DNA of 64,000 nt from Octopus vulgaris. Taxonomy: Eukaryota. This document shows positions 1 to 12,400 of the stretch, one piece after another. The stretch lies in NCBI GenBank assembly GCA_951406725.2, contig OX597818.1, forward strand, positions 25,048,001 through 25,112,000, given 5' to 3'. The notes below the pieces were generated by a model. The model had not been told where the DNA came from, did no database searches, and saw only the letters and a list, made by a program, of their open reading frames with translations. A program made the position numbers and the translations under genes. The stretch's first letter is position 1; every line of letters begins with the position of its first letter.

Positions 1-790
1 AACATATTTTCTACTTTTGAAGGGTTGAATAGTGTTCCTCTTTAAAGTGGACTTGAATGTAACTCAATAAGAATTATGGAAGAAACTTCAGCTTCATATA
101 ACGTACACACACACATTCACACAGCTGTTGGAATTATCTGATATAGTCAACAGTAATTTCTCTATAGTCAAATACAGTCAATTCTCTGTGGCCATCAAGG
201 TCTTTCACAAGACATATACATTTCAAATAGGAACCAAAGGAAAATAAAGAGACCTGTATATTGAATTTGGATAATAAAGTGGATAGGGTAGGGCATACTG
301 ACTATTGAACACTATAAATTCTTTATATAATTGAATTTTCCCTCATGGATAGAAGAGAAAAAGGAAAACCTAATTGAAATTGTTGTCAAATCTGAGGAGG
401 GGAGATAATTTCAAGAATTTTAGAAAAGTTTGAATTAAAATGCTTTAGAAAATAGAAGAATCTGATCTTTGTTTAAAAGATAAGGGACAATTATGGATGC
501 ATTTCGACAACAGTTCAGTTTCATCAGCATATAATCCTTGCTTCCAAGCAGATATGGACAATTTAACATAAAAGAATAAATAATATTCTTTGCCAAGAGT
601 AATTTGCATGTGCTAAGTGAAAATAAATCAAAGTAGCCAGTGGTATAAATTTAGATAACAAGGTGGATTTAATAGCACTCATGATAAATACTTAATTTAA
701 CCATTTTGATATCAACCCATCCAAGACCTCCCTTAGTTCCATGATACAAAATCTACATGAAAACTTTCCATAAAAATTTCCAAACACCGG

Positions 791-1360
791 TCTGGAACCC
801 CTATCTTGCCCAAGATATTAATCGTCAGGAAGCCGTTCAGTGACGTGCAACCAAGAGAATACCCTCAATCAGGCATTTGCCATATTCTGAACGCCTTACT
901 TCTCTGGGCATGGATACATAGAAAAACCAACGTCTGGCAGCTGACTTGGCAGACACCCATAAAATTATTAACCATCTTACAAACAATAACTCTGAGCACC
1001 TTTTCAAATTCCACCTGTCTAACACCCATGGACATGTTTACAAAGTCAGAAAACAGCTCAGCTCCCATGACTTTCGGAAACATTTTTTCACGCTAAGAGT
1101 TGCTGAAGTATGGAACAAACTGCCGGCATCAGTTGTTAGTTGTTGGAGCACTGCATCCTTCAAAACTTCCATGCTTCCTGAGATTCGACAACACTACACC
1201 TGATTTTCGCCCCTCCATACACATGCAAGCATGTATCTGATTCATACACTGTTCACTTTCCAGACATTTGTACATGACAGCACATGCTTTATACTTACTT
1301 TTGACAAGTTGTGGTGCACCTGAGCACTGTATACAATAATTTCATTATTATATTATTATT
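791..1360 (+). mobile_element. CR1-like LINE 3' fragment, copy 1 (frameshifted)
   Basis: ORF2 C-terminus (...HGHVYKVRKQLSSHDFRKHFFTLRVAEVWNKLP...), a 3' UTR and an (ATT)n tail. Confidence 0.88.
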
Positions 1361-1370
1361 ATGACTAAAT

Positions 1371-1941
1371 TCTGGAACCCCTATCTTGCCCAGGACATCA
1401 ATCGTCTGGAAGCTGTTCAGCGACGTGCAACCAAAAGAATAACCTCCATCAGGCATTTGCCATATCCTGAACGCCTTACTTCCCTGGGCATGGACACATT
1501 GAAACTCCGACGTCTGGCAGCTGACTTGGCAGACACCCATAAAATTATCAACCATCGCACAAACAATAACTCTGAGCACCTCTTCAAACTCCACCCATCT
1601 AACACCCGTGGACATATTTACAAAGTAAGAAAACAGCACAGCTCCCATGACTTCAGGAAACATTTTTTCACGCTGAGAGTTGCTGAAGCATGGAACAAAC
1701 TGCCGGCATCGGTTGTTAGTTGTCGGAGCACTGCATCCTTCAAAACTTCCATGCTTCCTGAGATTCGCCAACACTACACTTGATTTTCTCCCCTCCATAC
1801 ACACACAAGCATGTGTCTGACTCATACACTGTTCACTTTCCAAACATTTCTACATTACTGCATGTACTTTATATGCACTTTCTGACAAGTTGTGGTGCAC
1901 CTGAGCACTGTATACAATAATTTCATTATTATTATTTATTA
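1371..1941 (+). mobile_element. CR1-like LINE 3' fragment, copy 2
   Basis: WNPYLAQDINRLEAVQRRATKRI...TRGH...RKHFFTLRVAEAWNKLP, the same 3' UTR and an (ATT)n tail. Head-to-tail with copy 1. Confidence 0.9.
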
Positions 1942-2229
1942 TAAATAAATTCAGTACAATCTCATAAGTGAGCTGCATACATGATGGGGAAAAATGAAGC
2001 ATCTTCAGCACTTTTTAAAGTGCAGATGTACCGGTTCAAATTCCTGGTATTTTTACAAGTTCTTCATCCGCACTTTAGAACCCTTTTATTCCAGGTTATC
2101 ACCCCATCATCCCATGTTAACTACATAATAATTGTAAATACTAAAAAAAAGTTTTAATATTCTTATCTATTTCTCTGTTAGTAACTGAATTTGATTTTTT
2201 ATCCAAGAGTACGCTGTATATATGTAGAT

Positions 2230-2450
2230 GTGGAGGTGCATGGCTTTGTGGTTTAATGTGCTGGACTTGTGGTTTCGATTCCTGGACCAGGCAATGTGTT
2301 GTGTTTTTGAGCAAAACACTTTATTTCACATAGCTCCAGTCCACTCAGCTGGTAAAACTGACTAATCCTACAACGAACCAGCATCCCATCTTGGGAGGAA
2401 AATATATCCCAGAGAGACTTGGAAACTGACCCTATGATCTTTATGAAGCA
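2230..2450 (+). mobile_element. tRNA-derived SINE (degenerate)
   Basis: A-box-like tggctttgtgg and B-box-like gtttcgattcc, followed by ttgagcaaaacactttatttcac...ccagtccactcagctg. Confidence 0.6.
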
Positions 2451-2819
2451 ATGTGGACTAACCATGCTGTAGATATAAACTTAATGCTTACAGAGTTATT
2501 GCCCTTGTCAAGACTCTAAATACTGTATTTGCCAGTGTTTAAGATGTTCTCCTAATCTACAAGTCTATTTTGTGGGAAAGAAAAAAAATTATTTAGTAAG
2601 TTTCATCATACACTTATTGAAAGATATTATAAGGAAAATTGTAATTTATAGAGGAAATTATGTGATTCTGTGTCTGTAAATACACTGCTGTGGCAATATA
2701 CTGGAATAAAGTATGAAATCATAAATTGATCATATATATAAACTAAAGTTATACAAGTACTATATTTCAATTTTATTTTCTTTCAGATCAACTGTACAGT
2801 TGTATATACTTTGGGATGT

Positions 2820-2906
2820 ATACATTACTGCATATACTTTAAACGCACTTTTGACAAGTTGTGGTGCATCTGAGCACTGTATACAATAATTTCATTATTA
2901 TTATTA
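2820..2906 (+). mobile_element. Short 3' UTR/tail fragment of the same CR1-like LINE
   Basis: tacattactgca...gacaagttgtggtgca.ctgagcactgtatacaataatttcattattatt, nearly identical to 1850-1935. Confidence 0.85.
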
Positions 2907-5339
2907 CACATATTTTTGGCTTTGACCATTTGTGTTACCATGATTAGCCACCAAGATGGTTTCATTGCATCTACTCATTGCTAGAAGTCATTTAATAATA
3001 TAAGACATGTATCAGGCTTCAGGATAGAAAGAAAATATGTGTTTGTAGGGTATGGGTTGAGAGGAAGGTATGGTTATTCTGATTTAGAATTCACTCAAGT
3101 GTAAAACTAAAGGAGTAAACAAATATATTACATTCAGGTCACAACTCTACTTGCTGAAAGTGTAAAGGAACTGTCTAGAACACTAACAGCTTAAGTCAAA
3201 TTTTCTGTTGACGATGGAATGGCTGTCAAATGCTTGAGACGACTTAAAATTGTTGAACAATGATGATGACGCCGGCGGAGATGGTTGTTGACTGACTGGT
3301 TCAGACTCGGTAGAAACTGGATCTTGGTTGAGTGTTCTATGGTCAATGACCAGACTCGGGGCCACCACTGTAAAGAAACTGTCTGGAACAGGTTAGGTCT
3401 TTTGCACTGCTTGGGTGCAACACAATTTTCTTCTTTGTTTCCAAAAACTACCGGTGTCAGGAACAAGAAAGCAACCTTAAAAAATATGACACTTTATTTC
3501 GTTATTTACATAAAGAAGGCACGTTGGTAAATTGGTAACCACTTGGTGTAGGTACAGCAAGACTGAAGTTAAACATTTGTAAAGATAAACCTCACAACAA
3601 CTCCAGCAGCAACAGAGCCGGTCAAATCCCAAGCGTCTGGGACAGGAGAATAGGCTGATAACACATTAAACATGTCTTCTCTCTTCAATGAACACCATAG
3701 AATTCTCCTTCCCAGTTGTTAGTGCATGTGGATTAGGGAACTTCCTTAGGCTTTTCCAGAAGGTTCCAGCCCCGCACACGCTCACTGAAGAATGACGTCA
3801 CTACAAAAGTTCATCTACAGGTGATGAAACTGGAAATACCTGTGTACAACTCTCAAAAAAGGTATTAAAGGTTCTGTACATAGCTCAAAATATTGTCTTG
3901 GAGTTTCCCTAGTTCCTTCTGCTGTTTTTGTATTAAATTGCAGTCATTTGGATTGTTAAAGTAAAATCTGATTCACACTCTGGTGATTGTAGACAGCTCA
4001 GATATCAGTTGTTACATGCATTTCATGGAACACATATCTATGTATGATAAACCTTAGCCTTGTGGCACTGCGATTGGGATTTGAACTATATATACTTGAT
4101 TGCTTCTTCTGCATTGAACCATGGCCAAAACCCTAGTGTAGACCTAGGTACTCCACAGTGTTATTATTTTTGAAAGAATTTCTACTGTGTTCTCAAGTGT
4201 CTTCTGGTTCACTAACTTGTAGTTGGTCATCTACAAAGTAATTGCAACAAATACCTTCTACTCTGATCTCTGGAAAATGTTAAACCAATCAACTACTAAC
4301 TTTTCTGAAACTTCCACTTATTTGAATTTCACTTTCCTATCAAGTGACCACCAATATATCATTTCAAGTATTTTTGCAATGTAAACGAGAGTATCAGTGA
4401 AAAATGAATGCCTAAAGATTGATTTGCATGTCTTGCAATACCAATACTTTCCATCATTGAAGAAGGTACTATTGCTCTACACTATTGGTATTATGCACTT
4501 GATACAGTCAAGATGATCATGGTTAAGATCATGTGATATTAGAAATTTGTTTTCTGCTTTTTCTGTTAACCCTCATGTGACTCCACTGTACTTCTTATGT
4601 GTTCATAATTTACACTGAGCACACTATATGGATTGTGTATCTTTATTGTGAGCCTCTGGTGATTTTTGAGCCTTGGCTCTGATTTTAGTAAGTAGTATTA
4701 TATACTCTACTGTATCTAAATTTGCCTTGTATTGTGTCTGTAATTGTGTGAACTTTCTGGCCACCTTATTATTACCTTATTAATATCATTAATAATGGTA
4801 GTAATACATCTTTATTTGAAATTTATTCTCAAGAGATTTGGGGATATGTTAAATATATTGGCAACAAATTTCAGTGTACTCATGCTTCTTGCTTTTAATT
4901 CATTTTTAGTGAAACATTCTTCATGGGAATTGGCTACATACATCAAACAAAATTCACATTCTTTTAAACACTATCCTGTTGTTTATATTAAAAGTGCTCA
5001 ATATTATTATTATTATTAAGGGGTTAATTTCTATCTCCATGCCAAGAAAGAAAGCATTATCTTTGTTTTCTTCAAATGTGACGATAGACCTTTTGTAAGT
5101 TTGCACATACTGATGAGACTGTTATCCATAATAACTTTATTGCTAATTTTATTGGGCTCTTAAATATCAGAAAAGAGACTGAATGATATGTCAGAAGCTT
5201 CTTGAGCACTATCTAAAACAACTTCAGCATTCCTAACTCACTCTTTAATTAATCAACCAGAATCAAAAGTCATGTGGATGCATCTTCATTTAGAGCAATA
5301 GAATCATTAAATAATTTTGTTGTGGAAAGGGAGCAGTGA

Positions 5340-6480
5340 CATGGGTGTTCGGGTGGAGTGAAAAATGCAACTTTCAAAATTGGTAACCAAGAATCGATAT
5401 TTTGTTGTAAATTAGGGTTATAAGAAAAGGTGTATAAAGAATTTTGTAGTTAAATTTTTTTTCAGGCTCTGCGACACAATTGAAAATTTTAAAAATTGCT
5501 ATTTTTGGTCGAATTTTGGATTTCTACATAGCAGAATGCAAAACAGTAAATATAGTGTCCTTAAGAGGTTGCATACCAAGTTTCAATACAATTGACTATA
5601 AAGAGAACAGGAGTGTGAACTCTCCTGTGTTGCTGCAACAGTTGTCGCATATGGACATATGTACATGTGTGAAGTTTTCTGCTTTGCACCTTGACTTTAG
5701 GCTATTGTATTAAAATTAATGATTGCGTTAAATTTAGTGTTGTTTACATTTAGTAATGACTCATAAGCCAATCAATAATGCCTCATGAAACTGAATGCCT
5801 AATATTTGCTACTCCAACTTACAAGGACGTACTAAAATGTGTTTTATTTGAACAAGAAAAAAGAAAAGAATATACTTAAGAAAGATCCTTCAATTAAACA
5901 AATTGTCAAGATTGTACCAGAAAAGATAATTCTTTGGCAAAAGGCATCCATCCCTTGTGTTATGATTGAGTCAGTTAAACTGAAAATCTTAAACTTTTAT
6001 CTAAAATCTGTGAAAAATAGAAAAATGTGCCATCATTTCAAACAAAGTGTAATGTGTTTAAAAACAATGCACTAAAAGATTTATTTGACAAATATGATCA
6101 TTGGTGGAATACATCAAGCAGTATCTAAACAGAATATTCAGAGGTTGATTAGAAAGAATAAGCCAGATCATAGTCACCCTTCTACATCAGCAAAGGATTC
6201 TGAATTGATAGTGTTTTCATCAAATAGTGATTTATAATATTTAGTTACATGAAATTATTTGAAATAAATTGGAAATGTTAATTATTTTTATCACCAAAAT
6301 GTATCAAGAATAAAAAATTAGTTTACATGTAATTTTATTTTAATGTGTGTGTAATCTAGACCTCATGTAACACATATATGTTCAGTGACCTAATATTAAA
6401 AAAAAAAAAAAAACAAGGTTGAAAAGTCTATTTATTTCACATAATTTCGAAATTTCAAGTGTGTTGCAGAGCCTGAAGAT
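5340..6480 (+). mobile_element. Degenerate TIR DNA transposon relic (hAT-like, family uncertain)
   Basis: Inverted repeats ttcaggctctgcgacacaattgaaa (5461-5485) and tttcaagtgtgttgcagagcctgaa (6453-6477). Internal remnants LPTYKDVLKC and ILWQKASIP resemble transposase N-termini. Outer boundaries are approximate. Confidence 0.55.
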
Positions 6481-7659
6481 ATAAATTTTAGTGCTTGAGA
6501 TTTTAACCCTCTTGCTTTTAAAGGATTTTGCAAAAGGACTTTAGCTACTAAAGGTTTTCAATTAATCAATCAATCAATAAATAAATAAATAAACAAATAA
6601 ATAAATAAAATAGTTTGTAACTCTCAACTTGAAGATGGATATTTTGGGAACTTTGAACAAACATAGTTTCGAGATTCTTCAAATGTTGTGTTTGCCTTTT
6701 TTAATACAATATATGTGCTAGAAAGGGATTTCAGTTGTGAAAGCAAAAACTTGAACACAGAAGTATACAATATCCATTCTACTCTACCATACAATCTTGA
6801 TAACAGATTGTATTCACATTAAAGACTGGGCTTATCTGGGCATCTGTAATAGTATTTCTGTAAAATTAACAGATTTGTTGGCCTAGCTTTAAAAATCCTG
6901 CATTAGACCCGATCAAATGTGTGTTGTTAGTTAACTACAAAAACTTATTAATAGTTAAAGGTGAAGTATTTGTATATGCATTCACATATAAATTTCAGAT
7001 AACGACTTCATATCTCTAAAAGTTTGGTGTGGATTTTACTCTAAGCAATGCTTAATTGATAATACTCCTTTTGTAGACTTTGTAAAAACATGCTTCCATT
7101 GCTTTACAAATTTCACTATGTCAGTTAGTTTTGTATGTTTTAGTGCCATCCTGTCTTGGATTTCCATGTCACTATACTTGAATTCACTATGCAAATCAGT
7201 GAATCAAAGAGTGCTTTGATCTGCTATATTTGGTATAATTTGTCAATGTTTTGTGAGTTATTCTGCATATAATGAACTTCTAAAGAAGAGAAGAAACATG
7301 TTTGAAGTTTGTCCTCTACAAAGGAGAATAACTGTTAGACTCTCCCCTTTACAGTCAAGATATAGGCCATTCTATAACAGAAATATTTTCATATTTTGTA
7401 TTTATAAAGGCAGCAACCACACTAAGCCTTTAATACTGTATCTACTTTGGTAGAGAATATTATCTCCTTGGGAGAGTACTTCAAAGCCAAAGTTATTTTT
7501 TCTTGGAAAATTTCACCGGCATTTAATCTTGACTACCGCTACTACTACAGTAATCATTGCAGTTGTGCCTGCTATTTACCATAGTTGTAGTAGGGTGACA
7601 GTGGTCAGTTACTTAAGCCAGTAATGTAGTTTGGCTGGCAGGCACTATGGAATGTGTTA

Positions 7660-8020
7660 GAATGTATGTATGTATGTATGTATGTATGTATGTATGTATG
7701 TGTGTGTGCACGTTTGTATGTATGTATTCTGCATATTCATGTGTTTTCACATTTTTGTGTGTTCATGTGTGTGTTTATGTGTATGGGTTTGTGTGACTAT
7801 GTATGTGCATCTGTTATGTATGGACGTGAGTTTCCATGTGTCCTTGTGTGTGTGTGTGAAATGTGCATGTATATATATGGTCATGTGTTTCAGTCTTCTC
7901 TTGTGCAGGTATGTGTGTATGTGTCTGTGTGTGAAATGTGCATGTGTGCATATGGTCATGTGTTTCAGTTTTTTGTGCATGTATGTGTGTGTGCTTTTGT
8001 CTGTTCGTATTTCCTATGTA
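7660..8020. repeat. Degenerate (TG/TATG)n low-complexity tract
   Basis: Seen directly; it produces spurious C/V/Y/M-rich ORFs. Confidence 0.9.
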
Positions 8021-8196
8021 CTTTACAAGTACCCTCTATGCACCTTAGAGGGTGCTTGTAAAGACAAGCGGTGCATAGAGGGTGCTTATAAAAGTAAGAA
8101 CATTACATACATTGGTGAGACATCTAGAAGCATTGCAGAGAGACAAAATGAACATTTGAGACAATGTGACAACAAAATACAATCCTCCATTCTCTA
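8021..8196 (+). mobile_element. Penelope-like GIY-YIG endonuclease fragment with an inverted 5' piece
   Basis: RCIEGAYKSKNITYIGETSRSIAERQNEHLRQCDNKIQSSILY is near-identical to the GIY-YIG of the element at 26596-27339. Confidence 0.85.
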
Positions 8197-8614
8197 TTGT
8201 GTGATATTCCAGTTCTCAATGAATTACACATTACCATCACATAATCAACTTCGATATGTACCATTTCTCTGTCTTTTCAACTTCTATAGATATGTCCTCT
8301 GAATTTTGATTTATCAATTATAATATTTAAACTCAATAAAATTGGAACTTATCAAATTTCATAAAAATTATAAATTATTATACATCTTTGGTTGTAGAAA
8401 CTATCAAACTAACAGAATCATTATGATCAAAATTATAATTTTTAATAAATTTCTTGGCATAAGAATAACAAATTTTGATGATCCTATAGTCATCAAAATT
8501 CAACATTTTTGTTAATTTTCAGTTAAAACAAATAATGAATTGAACATAGGTATCATTCAAATTATTGATTCTAATGAGTACAGCAATAGCAAAACACACC
8601 ATTCTGATTGTGAA

Positions 8615-8785
8615 TGCTTCTACATAGCCACTTGACCTGCTAGAATTGGATACTAAATCTCCCTCAAATCATGCTCTCTTATCTTAAATAAGAAAAGACA
8701 CATTACATAAAATAATCCTACTCACTCCTAAAATGACGGGGTGGTTACAGTGGAAATATCTTTGATTATAGGTCTGTGAGATCTG
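8615..8785. repeat. Short interspersed repeat; related copies at ~10425-10580 (opposite strand) and ~16350-16530
   Basis: Shared motifs tgctagaa...ctcaaatca...cttaaa...gga.(a)c.tttgat.a.aggtctg across the three loci. Confidence 0.5.
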
Positions 8786-9047
8786 TCTTAATGTGAGGTT
8801 AACAACTCTCATAAATTTATGCCTATTCATACTGAAAATTATGACATGTCTCAAGAACAATATTAATTCTGATTGTTCTGAGCTGATCTTTAGTGAAATT
8901 TCTTATGTAACTGTAGTATCAAAAATTATCAATTCTAATAGTCCAGTGATCATAAATATTGGTAATACAGATAATTCAAATTCAATAGAGACAATTCTCA
9001 TGGATCTGGTCATTGGTGTTGGTATTGGCAGCATCATTATCATTGTC

Positions 9048-9110
9048 GTCATCATCATTTAACACCCATTTTTCATGCTGGCATGGGTTGGATGATTTGA
9101 CAGGATCTAG
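9048..9110 (-). mobile_element. RTE LINE 3' tail remnant
   Basis: catcatcatttaac...catgctggcatgggttggatg matches the tails at 22899, 30085 and 46864. Confidence 0.7.
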
Positions 9111-9139
9111 TAAGCCACGGAGCTACGTTGAGTGTGACC

Positions 9140-9450
9140 GTGGCTTTGAACCGGTTGTTTATCCTCCCTATTCTCCTGATTTGTTCCTATCTGACTATCA
9201 TCTATTCCCTAACATGAATAAACACTTGGCTGGGAACTAGTATCATAGTGATGATGACATCATATCTATTGTTGATGACATTTTTTACCAACAGAATGAA
9301 AGCTTCTTCATCAATGTGATCAAGTACTGCAACACCAATGGAAGAAGTGTGTGAACTGCAAAGGGTACTATGTTGAAAAATAAAGCTTATCTGGTCACAT
9401 TCCATAAGAGCATCTTGATCAGCCTATGAACTGTTCAGCCGGCCCTCATA
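9140..9450 (+). mobile_element. Mariner (Tc1/mariner) transposon 3' fragment
   Basis: YPPYSPDLFLSDYHLFPNMNKHLAG...WKKCV...GYYVEK* (YSPDL motif). Ends in a TIR-like ...ggccctca followed by TA. Confidence 0.9.
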
Positions 9451-12400
9451 AAATTAAATTGATGATCAATCTACAAATTATTAACGAATATATAGTTGAC
9501 CAGTGCTTGATTAATCATATACTGGCAAATAATTTGTCTGTAATAATCAATTAAATAGCATTCAATCAGTTTTTAAAAAATTATCAATTACCAGTCAATT
9601 AGAAATTGATGTTTTAAATGTTCAGTCATTTAACTACTGTCAGAAACTGATCAATCATTTATTGATCTAATCAATAATCTACTATTTATCAATAATTTGC
9701 ATTTGGTAAATTCTCTAAGAAGCCACCAGTTATTGATTAATCAATAATTGGCGGTTACTAATAAACCACAAATTAATAATTGACCAAGTATTTACAGATT
9801 AACAATTATGTATCAGTCACTGATTGATTAATTATACACAGATCACTAAATCATTCTCATATCACTAATATATCAAAAATCTGTATTACCACAACTTATT
9901 GATCAACTTTTGACCACTAATTAATCATCAATTCCTTACTTTCTAGTTGGGTATCAATGAAAAAAACCATCTGACTAATCAAGTTTAGCAGTTCTAACCT
10001 GTTACCAGTGTCTAACTCAGACCTTTCAAATCTTTTTGTATTAGTAACACACTTTTAAAAATAAAGTACTTCATGATACATAAACTAAAATTTGTTGCTA
10101 ATTAAATACCATTTCACATGTCACCACACCAGTTATAATTTCCTAGTCTAACTGTACACAGCGTTATAAGACCTCAAGTATACTTTACCCCAACATGTTT
10201 TTGAAAATTGACTTAATTTTGTGACACACTTAGAGATTATCCACAGCACACTGTCTTAACACACACTTTAACAACAGCCATAGTTTTCACTATAGATATC
10301 ACTGAAAAAAGCTGCGACAATACTATGACTGACAGGTGTTTCATTACCCTGCAATACAGGCATTCAATTTTCCAACAGACTAGAAGGCAATAGACAATTA
10401 TATCAATATTTTTACCATTCTTATTGTTCAGTCCCAGGCTGGTTCTGGTTGAGCAGACCTGTGATCAAAGGTGTTCCATTGTATCATATTTTCAGACATA
10501 GTGTATCTAGGACTATATCGTCCGATGTGTCTTTTCATTTTTAAACTGATAAGCTGTGATTTGAGAACACTTTAGCCACATGAAGGCTACCATATTGGAT
10601 ATATTTTATATGATAGGCAGATGGAGTCTTAAATGGTGCTTCAATAACTCAATGGACTATAACATTACATTTTACTTCATTTTCCTTGTTATTTGTTGTT
10701 GTTATCACAACAAATGCACCAATCTCTTATTCATTATATTCCTGGTCATCAATCATTGTCTGCCATCTATTTGTTTCTGATCAAATGTCCTTAGACAATT
10801 TTAAGCCACCAATCAAACAAGAATTAGCAGCAAACAAACTTTACAAAAGATTACAACAAAACATCAGTTAATGAAGATAAAAGGGAATGTTTTCTTTATT
10901 TCTGAATGAAAAGAACTCTCAATAATATAATAATTTGTCACTTCATAATTTAAGCTTGATCTTATAAGTTTTAGAAGTGATTTTATTAAACCACTAACTA
11001 ATCAAAAGCTGGCAATATTACTGGAATATTATTGATAAGTTTCAGTAAGAAAAACAAGCATCTATAAAATTACTTTCATAGGGGTTTTAATGATGATGAT
11101 GGTGAGGATAATGATAACAACAACAACAACGACGACGGCAATAATAATAATAATAATAATAATCAAAAAAGAGTTTTATAGTTTATTCCTGCTACAGAAT
11201 TTGCTGTTGTGTGGTTAAAAAAAGAAAAAGACAATAAAATTCCAAATTTTACTTATGCCTAAAGAGTTCTTTTTCTTTTAATTATAATGAAGTTTGAATT
11301 TTAATGTTGATTTAGCACGTCAGATAACACCCATTATTTATAATGCAAAAAAAAAATTACATCTAATTATTTATAATATATTGTTTTCTTTATATATATG
11401 TATATATATATTTTATTTGCATTGAATATAGTGTGTAAAATATTTTCCAACTTCTTTTCCTTTTCACATTGTAAATATTTTTAAAATGAATTAATAAACT
11501 TCACCGTCGATCAAAAACTTTAACTTCAAAATAAGCTTGTTTTAAAAAATTGTTATAATAGAATAAAATGAATTAAAAATGAAATTAAAAGCTTTTTGTC
11601 TAAACTAACTAATAAAGAAATAAACTATAAGCCAGCATTTATCTTAGCAAAATAATTCATTTTTTGGAGGTGGGTATTGAATCAATGAATAAAAAACTTA
11701 GAAACATTAAATGAAATATTGTGCCAACAATAAATACTGTATTTTTCTGGTTCATGGGATGTTACTTTTATTGTATATATCTTTAAAACCATTCTGTAGA
11801 GCCAAGATGATAGACAGATTACCCCTCATAAATATTAGCAATTAGTAAGAATTAGTGTTTAGTAATATAAGATCAAATCTGGAACAAACAATGCAAATTC
11901 TTTTAGTTGTAGGTGTTTTTATATTAATCATTCAAATTTGGCTGCTGATAACTGAACCCACTACATGTTGAAGTCAGCTATTTTTTTTTTTTTGCTATTC
12001 ACCAATAAGTAATTTCTTGAATACTGTATCAAAGAGTGTACGACTATCTATATAACTTTGAAAATAAAAACAAATAAGATGGTAATCATAAACAAAACAC
12101 CAATCAGTTTTCTAAATATGTTTTGTTAAATAGAGTACATCTAAATATTTGTAGCAACTTATGCCAGGAAAAATATGGTATACAATAATGCTTTCTGATT
12201 GTCATTGAAGCTGCTGAACTATCCAATCAACTACTGTTGTTGCTATAAATTGAGTGGGATAGGGAAGATAGAGACAAGAACAAAACATTACAATTTATCT
12301 GGGATATGGTCAGCTAGCTTAAGAAAAGTTCAGTAATAATCCATAGTTTGAAACCCTCAAGTTTCAAAGAGCCACATGGTAAAATTTGATAGTTTTCCCT

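Noticed and set aside
5110-5140. CTGATGAG motif
   Set aside because: No matching stem II/GAAA/UH downstream.
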